Shown here piece by piece: positions 11,421 to 22,354 of a DNA stretch of 64,000 nt. The stretch covers positions 192,001 to 256,000 of the forward strand of contig CAVTBU010000008.1 of assembly GCA_963733035.1 (NCBI GenBank). The letters run 5' to 3'. The translations under genes and the position numbers were made by a program. Each line of letters begins with the position of its first letter. Position 1 is the first letter of the stretch. The notes beneath the pieces are model-generated. The model ran no database searches and had not been told where the DNA came from. It was given only the letters and a program-made list of their open reading frames with translations. The stretch comes from Pirellulales bacterium. GTDB lineage: Bacteria; Planctomycetota; Planctomycetia; Pirellulales; PALSA-1355.

Positions 11421-12886
11421 CTATTTTGCGCCCGGCTGCCGGGGATCAACTCCAAACATACCAGCCGGTCGGCCCCGCGAACGTATAACAACCCGTGCGA
11501 AAGGATCGGGGCGGCCCAGGCCGGATACCGCAACAGCCGTGCCGGCTGAAAGTCGAACGGATTCGGCTCGGTGAGCGGCCGTTCGACAAGTTCCGCCTTG
11601 GCCACCAGGTCGTACTTCCGCGGATTCACTTTGACGAGCCGCAGCGTACCGTCTTCCGACAGGCACACAAAGTGTCCATCGACATACAACAACGACGAGC
11701 GGGTCAGATCGGGCTCACTCCAGATCACTTCGCCGGTTTCGAATTCAATGCATCGCAACTCCGCATTTTCCGTATGACGCCCGCTCGAAGCATAGACGTA
11801 GCCGTCGAGATATACCGGCGTGTTCCAGTGCGTTTGCAAAACCTTATCCCGCGGATGGTCCTCGTCTGACCATACGACCTGCGGTGGCTGCCCGGCCTTG
11901 ACGCGGAGCAATGCGGCGCCCGGTCCGTATGTTTCAGAAATCAGCACCTGGTCGCCCACGACGACCGGTGTGCTGGCGTTCACGCTCTCCAAAATCTTCG
12001 CCCGCCAGGGAAACTGGAAATCGACTTTGCCGCTCGATGGCTCGAAACCCACCAATCCACCGCGCGCAAACACAAAACACCAGCGGCGACCGTCGATGGT
12101 GGCCAACTTGGGCCCCGCGTACGCAGCCAGTTCGTCGGTAATGGCATACTTCACTTTGCCGGTGCGCTTGTCGAACGCGACGATGCCGGTGCCGTTACCC
12201 TCGATCAAATCCAGCCGGCCAGGCGGCGCGCTCTTGCTCTCCGGCGGGCTGCCACCGATTTGCGCAATTAGCAGGTCGCCTTCGATCACCGGCGTGCTCC
12301 CCACGCCAAAGAAATTCTGAATCACGCCAAACTTCTCCGCCGTGTCGATCTTCCACAGCGGTTTGCCACTGGCCGCGTCAAGGCAATGCAGCATCCCTTC
12401 GGCGCCAAAGATGTACACGCGGCCGTCATCGACAACCGGCGAACACCGTGGACCGTTGTCGTAGCCGTAAAGATCCTCGAAGTCGCTATCGTAGGTAAAC
12501 TGCCATTGCGGCTTTCCCCTCAAGCGATCGACACAGCGCAACCGAGCCTGGTCGCCGTCGCGGTCGAATTGATAAAGCCGGCCCGTAGCGATCGTCGGCA
12601 TGCCGTAACCCGACCCCAGCTTGAGTTGCCACACGAGCGGCGGGCCGCTGGCGGGCCACTGGGTGAGAATGCCGGTTTCGGTCGACTTGCTATCGGCCGT
12701 AGGTCCCAAAAAATATGGCCAATCGGTGCCTTGCTGAAGGGCGCCCCCGGAGGCTCCGGGAGCCTCCGCCGCGCGACCTGGCGTCGCCGCCATCAATAAA
12801 GTTGCCAGGCCGACAACGAAAATGGTGAACCAGTCAGCATTTCCCCGTTCGGGTGAGCGGGCTAGGATTGGGTGGCGCACATTCAT
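11421..12886 (-). CDS. PQQ-like beta-propeller protein (secreted); stop codon apparently lost by a 1-nt indel
   Basis: DWPYFLGP start, repeated SP(V)..G.(V)Y blades, [14 protein letters not shown] end; adding one C in the C-run near 11442 gives ...LIPRQPGAK* at 11421. Confidence 0.75.
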
Positions 12887-12907
12887 GGCTTTAGTTTCGG
12901 TCGAACC

Positions 12908-13327
12908 TTGCTAGTCGTCAATTCACGAATCCAGATTCCCGACACCGAACTTCAGTGGTCGTTTGTGCGCAGTTCCGGTCCGGGCGGGCAAAACGTCAAT
13001 AAGGTCAGCAGCAAGGCGGTGCTCCGCTTGCGCATGATCGACAGTCCGTCCATACCACCAGACGTCCGCGAGCGATTCCGAACGCGCTATCGAAGCCGCC
13101 TGACCAGCGAAGGCGAAATCGTGATCAGCAGTCAGCGCTACCGCGATCAGGGCCGCAATGTCGAAGACGCCAAGGAAAAACTAGCTGCTCTGATCGCCAG
13201 CGTCGCGACTCCGCCAAAAAAACGCAATCCAACCAAACCGTCGCGGGCGGCCGTGGCCAGACGGATCGAATCCAAACAGGCCACTTCCAAAAAAAAGCAA
13301 CTCCGCCGCCGAGTGCGCGAGGAATAA
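12908..13327 (+). CDS. arfB: Alternative ribosome rescue peptidyl-tRNA hydrolase ArfB
   Basis: [13 protein letters not shown] (GGQ), QRYRDQGRN, basic C-terminal tail. Confidence 0.92.
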   Translation: MLVVNSRIQIPDTELQWSFVRSSGPGGQNVNKVSSKAVLRLRMIDSPSIPPDVRERFRTRYRSRLTSEGEIVISSQRYRDQGRNVEDAKEKLAALIASVATPPKKRNPTKPSRAAVARRIESKQATSKKKQLRRRVREE

Positions 13328-13535
13328 GGCCAGGGGGCGCTCGTTGCTGGAAGACTTTGCGGGCTGGGAAAACTGTCCGGGAGGTGAGCCTTACAAGTCG
13401 GTGTAGTTTCTCGGCACAAGAGAAAGTCGCGATCGTGCGACATCCGATGATTGTACTAGGGGACGCGACCAGCCCGCGTCCTCCCCGCCTCGCCGACCCT
13501 TCCCCCACGCTTACGACTGAAAGGGACGCTGCGCA

Positions 13536-14093
13536 ATGAAGCCGATCCTCGCTTGCGTCATCGTATTGGTGGCTTGCCAATCCGCACTCGCCCAGTGCTG
13601 CTGCGATCACTGCGGCTGCCAGTCCAATTGCCAAAAGGTCTGTCGTGTCGTGTGCGAAGTCAAAAAGGTTCCCAAGATCACCTACTGCTGCGAATGCGAA
13701 GACATCTGCATTCCAGGGCGAAGTTGTCGCTGCAAAGTCTGTGACGAATGCGGCCACCACAAAATCGTCTACACGCCGACTTGCGGCGAGGTCATCACTC
13801 GCAAGAAGCCCGTCAGGAAGGAAACCTTGGAAGAGAAGGTAACCTACAAGTGGGTCGTCGAAACGCTCTGTTGCAACTGCGCTAAGCGGTGTGCGGCAAC
13901 CGATCAGGCGACGCCGCCGCTGGATGACCGGGAGATGGCCGCGCGAATTCCAACGGTGTCAGACAACGCAACCGCGCTACCCGTTGGTTTTCAGTCACCG
14001 ACCGACGAGCAGCCTGTCGCCGAAACCGAAGCCGGGGAGACCAGTCGGTTTGACTTACGGCGAATTCTTCGGCCGTGGGCCGGGCAGAAATAG
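13536..14093 (+). CDS. Secreted cysteine-rich hypothetical protein
   Basis: Signal peptide followed by 21 Cys in about 100 aa and a low-complexity tail. Confidence 0.7.
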   Translation: MKPILACVIVLVACQSALAQCCCDHCGCQSNCQKVCRVVCEVKKVPKITYCCECEDICIPGRSCRCKVCDECGHHKIVYTPTCGEVITRKKPVRKETLEEKVTYKWVVETLCCNCAKRCAATDQATPPLDDREMAARIPTVSDNATALPVGFQSPTDEQPVAETEAGETSRFDLRRILRPWAGQK

Positions 14094-14329
14094 CCGCTCG
14101 TCAGACGACTTGCGTCGAGCGACGCAATGCCCCCCGGGAATCGATGGCCAGGGGCGGGCACCGGACCGCGGCCGAAATTTCGTCGCGGCGAAGCGCCCCG
14201 CCAAAAATCTGGGCAGCTGGACTCCGATCGCAGAGTGTTTGGCGCTGCGGTGGTCCGCCGGGGGGCTCGCAGATATAATGAGGGCGACAACTTCGACACG
14301 TTTCCCTCATTTGAATACGCAGCGTCGCA

Positions 14330-15073
14330 ATGGCCAGGCGACTTGACATCGACCGCCTTCTGCAGGAGTGGCCGTACGAGCCGGGCGAAATCAGTGCGCA
14401 CCTGGTGAAGGCGGTTGGCGGCCGAGAAGTGCTGCAAATGCGGGTGGAAATGGGCGTGCTGCAGCTCGAAACGACCGGCCGGCCGGATGGCGAACGCCCC
14501 GGCGGGCTGTCGACCTATTTTGACCTGCTGCAACAAGTGGCCGCCGAGGAAGGAAACGACGTGTTCGTGCTCGACGGCGAACAATGCGCCGAGGCCGACC
14601 GCGAGTTCATGCAGTATTACCACCGCCGCGTGTGCTGGCTGGCGCTGCGAGAATTTCGCCGGGCGGCCGTCGACGCCGAGCACACGCTCGGACTAATGGA
14701 CTTCTGCCGCGACCACTCCCCCTCCGAGGAATGGACCCTGTCGCACGAACAGTACCGACCGTTCGTTCTGTTCCACCGCACCCAGGCCGCCACCTTGGCG
14801 CGACTGGAGGAAGAAGGGGCGGAAGCCGCCATGCAGGAAATCAACGGCGGCTTAAACGAGTTCCACGACCTGTTCGTTCAATACGACGCCGAAGAGCAGT
14901 TCGACGACGACGACCTGGTGTGCCGTCTGCAGGAACTCCGAGACACCCTGCGGCAGCAATACAAGGTCAAGCCCACGCTCGCCGAGCAATTGGCCCAAGC
15001 CGTGGCTGACGAGCAATACGAGCTAGCTGCCAAGCTCCGCGACGAACTCTCGCGCCGCAACAAGTCCGCCTGA
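14330..15073 (+). CDS. Conserved protein with C-terminal UvrB/UvrC (UVR) motif
   Basis: C-terminal LAQAVADEQYELAAKLRDEL. Confidence 0.8.
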   Translation: MARRLDIDRLLQEWPYEPGEISAHLVKAVGGREVLQMRVEMGVLQLETTGRPDGERPGGLSTYFDLLQQVAAEEGNDVFVLDGEQCAEADREFMQYYHRRVCWLALREFRRAAVDAEHTLGLMDFCRDHSPSEEWTLSHEQYRPFVLFHRTQAATLARLEEEGAEAAMQEINGGLNEFHDLFVQYDAEEQFDDDDLVCRLQELRDTLRQQYKVKPTLAEQLAQAVADEQYELAAKLRDELSRRNKSA

Positions 15074-15270
15074 TCGCGGCCTTTGCTGGTTCGCGCAAAA
15101 GCGAGGTTCTCAAGTCGTCCGTCACACGACCTTCCCGCGGCCCCGCCATCTCCGCCTGCGCCCCGGTAAAGTACGTCGACTCTATGGGTGAACAAATCGT
15201 TGCGGCAAACCTGCGCACCATGATCAGCTTTGCAGGCAATAGCGGTTTTGTAATTTCGAATTGTAAATCC

Positions 15271-15290
15271 GTACACTACCACTAGTGTAC
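15271..15290. promoter_or_regulatory. Perfect 8-bp inverted repeat, candidate activator or repressor site
   Basis: GTACACTA-CCAC-TAGTGTAC in an AT-rich tract about 75-95 bp upstream of the sigma54 motif. Confidence 0.45.
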
Positions 15291-15363
15291 AAACATCGGG
15301 GCTCCCCGCGCAACTCTCGATTCTTCAACGCAATAGCAATTCGCCAAGATTTTCGAGTGCCTT

Positions 15364-15379
15364 TGGCACGCCCGCTGCT
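15364..15379 (+). promoter_or_regulatory. sigma54 -24/-12 promoter of csrA paralog 1
   Basis: TGGCACGCCCGCTGCT versus consensus TGGCACG-N4-TTGC(A/T). Confidence 0.7.
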
Positions 15380-15452
15380 TTAGGGACCAGCAACCGGAAC
15401 AGTTCACCTCTGATAGCATCCCATCTCAATCGAAGACAAAGGAGTGTTTCTC

Positions 15453-15842
15453 ATGTTGGTTCTTACCCGCAAAGCGAAGCAGCAAATTCAAATTGGTCCG
15501 TACGTCACGGTCACGATTCTGCAAGTGAAAGGGCAAGCGGTGCGGGTCGGCATCGAAGCCCCCAAGGATGTCACGGTATTGCGAACCGAGTTGGCCGAGA
15601 AGCTCGTGGACGGCAGCTTCGATCCGACGGTTTCGGCCGCGCTGGAAAAAGTCGAGCGCGAGTCGGAAATATCTTCGGCCCCGAAGCACGAACAAGAGAG
15701 TGGCCGAGCAAAACGCTCAGCCGGTGGGTCCCTGCGATGCCGGGCTCCTCGCGTCGATGTAGCACCATTGACTTCGCCCTACCAGTCGATGGGCCCGGCA
15801 TCGCTTTTACGGCCGCGTCGTCGTCGACTGACGACCAAGTAG
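15453..15842 (+). CDS. csrA: Carbon storage regulator CsrA paralog with C-terminal extension
   Basis: MLVLTRK...VRVGIEAPKDVTVLRTEL; AAGGAG RBS. Confidence 0.88.
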   Translation: MLVLTRKAKQQIQIGPYVTVTILQVKGQAVRVGIEAPKDVTVLRTELAEKLVDGSFDPTVSAALEKVERESEISSAPKHEQESGRAKRSAGGSLRCRAPRVDVAPLTSPYQSMGPASLLRPRRRRLTTK

Positions 15843-15971
15843 CAGCGGACACGAATCGGAGCGGAGTGCGTCCACTAAGGGGGCACGCCGAAGTCTCTGC
15901 CCCGAGCTTCGACGTACTGGACGGCTAGATCGACACCCTGGGATTGCCAAGCCACCCGTCGCACCCGCCCG

Positions 15972-16012
15972 CAGAGGCGGCCGCCCATCAGGCGGCCGCC
16001 TCTGTTTTTTTT
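15972..16012 (+). terminator. Rho-independent terminator
   Basis: 14-bp stem CAGAGGCGGCCGCC/GGCGGCCGCCTCTG followed by T8. Confidence 0.85.
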
Positions 16013-16148
16013 CGCCCGCGAAACCGAGTGCATCGCCGTTCCCCGCGCACCGCGCCGAGGTCCGAACTCGGTCGCGAACATGCTACACTCGAAACAGGAG
16101 TGCGACTTCTCCCATCGCCCAAGCTTTCCAAATCCTCCTCGCGCTGCC

Positions 16149-17930
16149 ATGCCCTCTGCCGACGAACTGCTCAGCACCGCCTTGGCTCAGCATCGCTCTG
16201 GCAATCTGCCACGAGCCGAGCAGCTCTACCGACAGGTGTTGGCCCAGGCGCCCGCGGCGGCCGATGCCTGGCACCTGTTCGGCGCGCTGTATGTACAGGA
16301 CGACCGGCCCGCCGAGGGCATCGCGGCCATCGAACGAGCCATCGACCTGAATCCCGCGAATGCCGACTACTACAGTCATTTGGGCGCCGCTCAAAGCAAG
16401 CTCGGCCAACACGAAGCCGCGCTTGAGAACCTCCGCCGCGCGGTCCGCCTGTCGCCGCAGTCAGCCATCTTGCACTACAACCTGGGCACGGCCCTGCGAA
16501 ATGCCGGACAACTGGCAGACGCCGTTGCCAGCTTTCGCCACGCCGTCGCTGCCGACCCTGCGAACTCCGAAGCTCACTTCAACCTGGCCAATGCGCTGCG
16601 CGATCTTGGGCAGTTTGCCGAAGCCGAAACCAGCTTTCGCGCTGCCCTGGAGGCGCGTCCGAACTATGTCAAAGCGATGGTCAACCTCGGTGGAGTCCTC
16701 AACGAACTCGAGCGTCGCGACGAAGGGATCGCCGTACTCATGCGCACCGTCGAGCTCGACCCGCGGCACGCCCGGGCCCACCTCAACCTGGGCAGCATCC
16801 TGCGCGACGCGGGCCGATTTGCCGAAGCCGTCGGCCATCTCGAGACGGCGGTCTCGCTGGCACCGAATCTTGCCGAAGCGCACAACAATCTCGGCACCGC
16901 CTACCAGGCGCTGGCCAGGTTCGACCAAGCGTCGGCATGTTACGAGCGGGCACTCCAGCTCGATCCCCAGCTTCCCGACGCCCATTTTTCGCACGCGACA
17001 AATCTCTTGCGGCTGGGATACCTGACCGAGGGCTTCGCCGAATACGAATGGCGCTGGAAGTGCAGCGGTTTCGCCGACCGCAAGTTCCCACAGCCGCGTT
17101 GGCAAGGCGAACCGCTCACGGCGCGCACGATTCTGCTGTTCGCCGAGCAAGGACTCGGCGACACGCTACAGTTCGTACGCTACGCGGCCGCAGTGCAAGC
17201 CCGCGGCGGCAAAGTGGTCGTCGAATGCCAGCCGCCGGTCGAGCCGATTCTGGCCGCCTGCCGGGGCATCGACCAAATCGTGGCCGCCGGTTCGCAATTG
17301 CCGGCCTTCGATGTTTGGTGCCCGTTGATGAGCCTGCCGGGCGTTCTCAAACTTGACGAAAGCCAACTCTGGCAAGGCCCCTACTTGACGCCCGATCCAG
17401 AACGCGTCGAAAAATGGCGCGCCCGCCTGGCCACGATTCGCGGCTTTCGCGTGGGGCTCTGTTGGCAGGGAAATCCGAAACACCTCTTTGATCGGCAAAG
17501 ATCCTTGCCGCTTGAATTGTTGGCGCCGCTGGCCGCCATTCCCGACGTGCAACTCATCAGCCTGCAGAAGGGCCCTGGCACCGAGCAGATTCGAGCGTGT
17601 TCGTTTCCGCTCCACGAATTGGGCGACACGCTCGATGCCGATGGCGCGTTTCTCGACACAGCCGCCGCCATGCAGCATCTCGATCTCGTGATCGCGGTTG
17701 ATACGGCGCTGGCCCATTTGGCGGGCGCGATGGATCGTCCGGTTTGGATTCCCCTCTCTGCCAACGGCGATTGGCGGTGGACTAGCGATCGCAACGACAG
17801 TCCCTGGTATCCCGGCACGCGGCTTTTCCGGCAGCACCGATTAGACGACTGGAACGAGGTGGTCGAGCGCATCGCCGGCGCCCTTCGCGCTCTGGTTGCC
17901 GAGCGAGACGGACAGTCCCGCGGCGCATAA
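16149..17930 (+). CDS. TPR-repeat glycosyltransferase (GT9-like C-terminus)
   Basis: Multiple AEAHxNLG TPRs; EQGLGDTLQF, VDTALAHLAGA, SPWYP. Confidence 0.88.
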   Translation: MPSADELLSTALAQHRSGNLPRAEQLYRQVLAQAPAAADAWHLFGALYVQDDRPAEGIAAIERAIDLNPANADYYSHLGAAQSKLGQHEAALENLRRAVRLSPQSAILHYNLGTALRNAGQLADAVASFRHAVAADPANSEAHFNLANALRDLGQFAEAETSFRAALEARPNYVKAMVNLGGVLNELERRDEGIAVLMRTVELDPRHARAHLNLGSILRDAGRFAEAVGHLETAVSLAPNLAEAHNNLGTAYQALARFDQASACYERALQLDPQLPDAHFSHATNLLRLGYLTEGFAEYEWRWKCSGFADRKFPQPRWQGEPLTARTILLFAEQGLGDTLQFVRYAAAVQARGGKVVVECQPPVEPILAACRGIDQIVAAGSQLPAFDVWCPLMSLPGVLKLDESQLWQGPYLTPDPERVEKWRARLATIRGFRVGLCWQGNPKHLFDRQRSLPLELLAPLAAIPDVQLISLQKGPGTEQIRACSFPLHELGDTLDADGAFLDTAAAMQHLDLVIAVDTALAHLAGAMDRPVWIPLSANGDWRWTSDRNDSPWYPGTRLFRQHRLDDWNEVVERIAGALRALVAERDGQSRGA

Positions 17931-17967
17931 AAAACCCCGGAACCTTGCCGCTACAAGATTCCGGGGT
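17929..17967. terminator. Stem-loop directly after the TPR-GT stop
   Basis: ACCCCGGAA/TTCCGGGGT with a 5' A-run. Confidence 0.5.
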
Positions 17968-18217
17968 CACGTGCACGACTGGCCATACGGCCAGCAGGGA
18001 CCCCTTCAGTGTAGCCGGGCTGCCCTGAAACACAAGTTTTCCAGTGGCATTTCCAGGGAGAATCCTGGGCTTCGACGACACCACGGCGGCGATGCGTCAG
18101 CCGCGTCGCGAGCCGCCGACGCATCGAAAAGCGTTGACGCTGGAAAATCGGGGCGGCTATACTGCGACTACCCCACATGCCGGCACTGGCCCAAGCTCCC
18201 GTAAGCCGAGTTGCCCG

Positions 18218-19850
18218 ATGACCTTCCGAACGCCAACCCTCGCCTGCCTCGTGCTTGCCACCGTCGTCGTGTGGCTCGTGCCTCGCACGGCGCGTTGAAG
18301 CCGCGACTCCGGCAAATTCCGATGCACCACCCGAGAATTCAACGGCCAACTTGCGGCTGAGCCCCGGCGATCTAGATGCCCTGATCGACGCCCAACCGGG
18401 CGCCGCCGATCAGCACGCCGATCAATCAGACGCCCAGTTTCTGCGTCGCTTGAGTTTCGACCTCATCGGCCGGCAACCGAAGCTGGACGAACAACGCGAG
18501 TACGCGTCCGACCAATCACCCGATCGCGACCAGCGAACCATTGAACGGTTGCTCGCCAGTGACGAATTCGGCGCGAATTGGGCGAACTACTGGTGCGACA
18601 CGATCGCCTATCGCGTCCCCCCGCCGGAACTGACTTACCTCAACTACCAGCCGCTCAAAACCTGGCTGGCCGGCAAGTTGAACGAAAACGTTCCCTGGAG
18701 CGACATCGTTCGCGCCTTGATCACGGCCACCGGCAAGGTCGACGACGTGCCGGCCGCCACCTTTGTCGGCTATCACGCCGCCAATGCCACGAACCTGGCC
18801 GGCGAAACGAGCCGCATTTTTCTCGGTCAGCAAATTGGCTGCGCCCAATGCCACGATCACCCGTTCGATCGTTGGCAGCGGTCGCAGTTTCATGAGTTGG
18901 CGGCGTTCTTCGCGCGTGCCAAAAGCAAGCTCCCCTGGAACGACGGTGGCGGCACGATCGTGTCGGCGGCCGACAAGGGGGAATACCTGATGCCCGACAT
19001 GGAAGATCCGCGCAAGGAGGGAAGCATGATGCAGCCCACCGTGCTCGATGGCGACCCCTTGGGCAACGGCAAGAGCGATGCCGAGCGGCGCGAGCAGTTG
19101 GCCGCCTGGATCACCTCGCGCGACAACCCCTGGTTCGCCCGCGCCCTGACCAATCGCATCTGGGCCCGCACGATGGGCCGCGGCTTCTACGAACCGATCG
19201 ACGACCTGGGCGATTCTCAAACTCCGCTCTGGAGCGAGGTGCACCAGGCGATCTCGGCCCATTTCAAATCAACCGGCTATGATCTCAAGGATCTGTTCCG
19301 CCTGATCGTCAGCACGAATGCCTATCGGCACGGCGTGCGCACGGCCGACGCGGCAACCGCCGAGACCGCGGCCGAAGCGCCGCTCCGCCTGCGCGGCGAT
19401 GAAGTCTACGCGGCACTCACGGTCGGCATCCAGCTGCCCAACTACACGCCCCCGAAAGTCGAACCGACCGACGCAATTCGTTTTCCGCCACCGCCCAAGA
19501 GCACGCGCGACCTGATTCATGCCGTGTTTGGCAACGACCCGTCGTTCGCGCCGGTCGATGCGCCGCGCACGATGTCGCAGGCACTCTGGATGATGAACAA
19601 CGAACAGTTGCAGGCGCAGATCGACGCCTCGCCCGACAGTGGCACGATGCTGGCCCGGTTGCTCGCCGCCCAGGCGGACGACGCCAATGTAGTTGGCCAG
19701 TTGTACCGCCGCGTGCTGGCCCGCGCGGCGACCGACAGCGAACGGCAACTGGCCCTCGACCACGTGCGCAGCGTCGGCGATCGGCGATCGGCATTCGAAG
19801 ACCTGCTGTGGGGCCTGGTCAACTCCACCGAATTCACCACCCGGCGTTAG
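18218..19850 (+). CDS. DUF1549/DUF1553 protein (CxxCH); apparent frameshift after the signal peptide
   Basis: FLRRLSFDLIGR, CAQCHDHPFD, NPWFARALTNRIW, WGLVNSTEF; signal peptide MTFRTPTLACLVLAT lies in another frame. Confidence 0.85.
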
Positions 19851-19858
19851 GCGGACTC

Positions 19859-21183
19859 GTGCTACACGAACAGACTATTCTCGACGTCGGCATGTCCCCC
19901 TCGGGCGTAATCAGCCGCCGCGGATTCCTCCGCCGCACGGCCGCCGCGAGTCTGGGACTCGGCGCTGCGGCTCGGCTGGCACGACCTGCTCGTGGCCAAG
20001 GCCGACGAACTTCGCCAGCGCGGCAAGTCGATGATCCTCTTGTGGATGGACGGCGGGCCGAGCCAGTACGACACGTTCAATCCCAAGCCGGGCTCCAAGT
20101 ACCAAGGCCCCGCGCATGCCATCAACACCGTGCTGCCCGGCGTGCAAGTGGCCGAAGATTGGCCGCAAATGGCCCGCAAGCTCGACCAGGTAGCCCTCGT
20201 GCGTTCGATGGTCAGCGACGAGAAGGATCATGAGCGCGATCGCGCTGGTGCGAACCGGCTACCATCTGACGCCGGCGGTCCGCTATCCCACGTGGGGCGC
20301 CGTCGTGGCCCGCGATCGCCAGCGCTTCGAAGCGGACTTGCCGTCGTTCGTCCGCATCGGCCGGCCGCGGATCACCACCCGCGACGTCGACGCCGGCGTG
20401 CTGGGCGTTCGCTACAACCCGTTCAAGGTCGACGTGCCGGGCAAGTTGCCGCCGAACGTGGCGCCCACGGTTCCCCCCAGCGTGGTCGAGCGCCGCCTGG
20501 CGCTCACCGAACGGCTCGACGCCGAGTTTGCCAAGCGCGGGGGCAGCCAGGCCGTCGCCGAAAAGCAGGACGTCTATCGCCGCACCTCTCGCATGGTGCT
20601 CAGCCCGCGGGTGGGCGTGTTTGATCTGTCGAACGAGCCCGACCCGTTGCGCGATGCCTACGGCCGCACCGAATTCGGCCAGGGCTGTCTGTTGGCCCGG
20701 CGGTTGGTGGAGCAGGGGGTCAGTTTCGTCGAGGTGATCAGCACCGGTTCGGTCGGCGACCAGGGTTGGGACACGCACAAGCTCGGCTTCGAGCAGAACC
20801 CGCTGTTGTGCAACGAGGCCGACCCGGCCTATGCCACGCTGCTAACCGATCTGGCCGATCGGGGCCTGTTGGAAAACACGCTCGTCGTGTGGATGGGCGA
20901 GTTCGGCCGCACGCCCAAGTTCAAACCCGACGGCGGCCGCGAGCACTACAGCGAAGGCTGGCTCGTGGGCCTCTCCGGCGCCGGCGTGCGCGGCGGCCAG
21001 GTCATCGGCGCCACCGACCCCGACGGCGTGCACGTCACCGATCGCCCGGTGGGCGTGGGCGACCTGTTCATGACCTTCTGCCAGGTGCTGGGCATCGACC
21101 CCACCGAGGAATACATCACCGCCGACCGCCGCCCCATCAAAATCGTCGAGCACGGCGAAGTGATTGGCGAGCTGTTCGGCTAG
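19859..21183 (+). CDS. DUF1501 protein with Tat-like signal; two apparent frameshifts (near 19970 and 20235)
   Basis: SRRGFL, LWMDGGPSQYDTF, LLARRLVE, GWDTH, GEFGRTP spread over three frames. Confidence 0.85.
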
Positions 21184-21386
21184 CTGCCGCCTGGCGGTTC
21201 GTTTAATGCTTCAGCCTGGGCAGCGACTTTCCCTTGGATCCCAGCCTGTATTACACACTGGACCTGGTGAACGGCGGATTGCGGCCAGCCGAGGCAACTT
21301 CACAGTGTGTCTCGATTTGCTTGCTTCGGCCGCCGCTCGTATCCTGGCAACCGTGCGTCACCGTCGTCTCTCCCCAGGTATAAGCA

Positions 21387-22199
21387 ATGTATCGAGTCTG
21401 GACCTCACTCACCTGGCGAAAAGCCGCGATTAGCGCCGCGGCTCTATTGATCGCCTGCGGTGCGCTCGCGGTGATGGTTGACAGCAAGCGTGAAAAGGCC
21501 ATCGCCGCCGCGAAGGAATACGGGCGCGTCGTCGGACTCGGTGGCCGTGTTTACAGCGTATCGCTGCATGATCGCGAGGCAGTCGACAAGGTTCTTCCTC
21601 TCCTTCAACATGTGAGTGAACTGCGTGAGCTAAAAATCGGAGGAGTTGATTTGACCGTCGCTGATATTCAACGAATTGGCGAATTGAAAACACTTACTTC
21701 CCTGTGGCTGAACGCATGTGGGCTGCGAGATGCGGAAGTCGCCTCGCTTGACAAACTCACTCAACTGACCGAGCTTCATATGATCAGCAACCCTATCACC
21801 GATCGAGGTCTTCAGCTTCTGGGGAGAATGACGCAACTCAAATACGTAGACCTGAGCGCGACCGAGATTCAAGGTGAAGGTTTGAAGTATCTGGCAGCCG
21901 CGACTGACTTGGAGGAGCTACGGTTGACAAACACTCGAATCGACGACACATCCATCGGCGTATGCGCTCAACTGAAAAACCTAAAGCGTCTGTACTTTTC
22001 TGAGACCGCAATTACTTTGAAGGGGCTAATGGAGCTTGTCAACTTGCATTGGCTACAAAGTATTGGCGTGCCAGACGAAATACCGGCATCAGATCTAATA
22101 AGGTTTCAGGAGGCACTCCTAAAGTCGAGGCGAGCAGCTCGCGAGGCGGGCGAGAATGTTCCGGACAACGACAACCCTCTATTCTCGATACCTTCGTAG
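21387..22199 (+). CDS. Membrane-anchored leucine-rich repeat protein, paralog 1
   Basis: N-terminal hydrophobic helix; LxxLxLxxTxI(T)D repeats of about 24 aa. Confidence 0.85.
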   Translation: MYRVWTSLTWRKAAISAAALLIACGALAVMVDSKREKAIAAAKEYGRVVGLGGRVYSVSLHDREAVDKVLPLLQHVSELRELKIGGVDLTVADIQRIGELKTLTSLWLNACGLRDAEVASLDKLTQLTELHMISNPITDRGLQLLGRMTQLKYVDLSATEIQGEGLKYLAAATDLEELRLTNTRIDDTSIGVCAQLKNLKRLYFSETAITLKGLMELVNLHWLQSIGVPDEIPASDLIRFQEALLKSRRAAREAGENVPDNDNPLFSIPS

Positions 22200-22354
22200 C
22201 AAAGACGATACGGGGCATCGCAAACCCCTAACAGATTCCAGCGAAATCGCATCAAATTAAACGAATGCACCGTCTCTTATCCTCACTCACCTGGCGAAAA
22301 GCCGCGATTATCGCCGGCGCTCTATTGATCGCCTGCGGTGCGCTCGCGGTGATG
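21403..22354 (+). repeat. Direct repeat of the 5' ends of the two LRR genes
   Basis: Identical 30 nt (21403-21432 and 22281-22310) and 36 nt (21441-21476 and 22319-22354). Confidence 0.9.

Noticed and set aside
9902..12886. 994-aa beta-propeller-SthA fusion in the ORF track
   Set aside because: SthA has its own RBS and ATG at 11299, the linker looks non-coding, a signal peptide is incompatible with a cytoplasmic flavoprotein, and one extra C in a homopolymer restores a stop at 11421.
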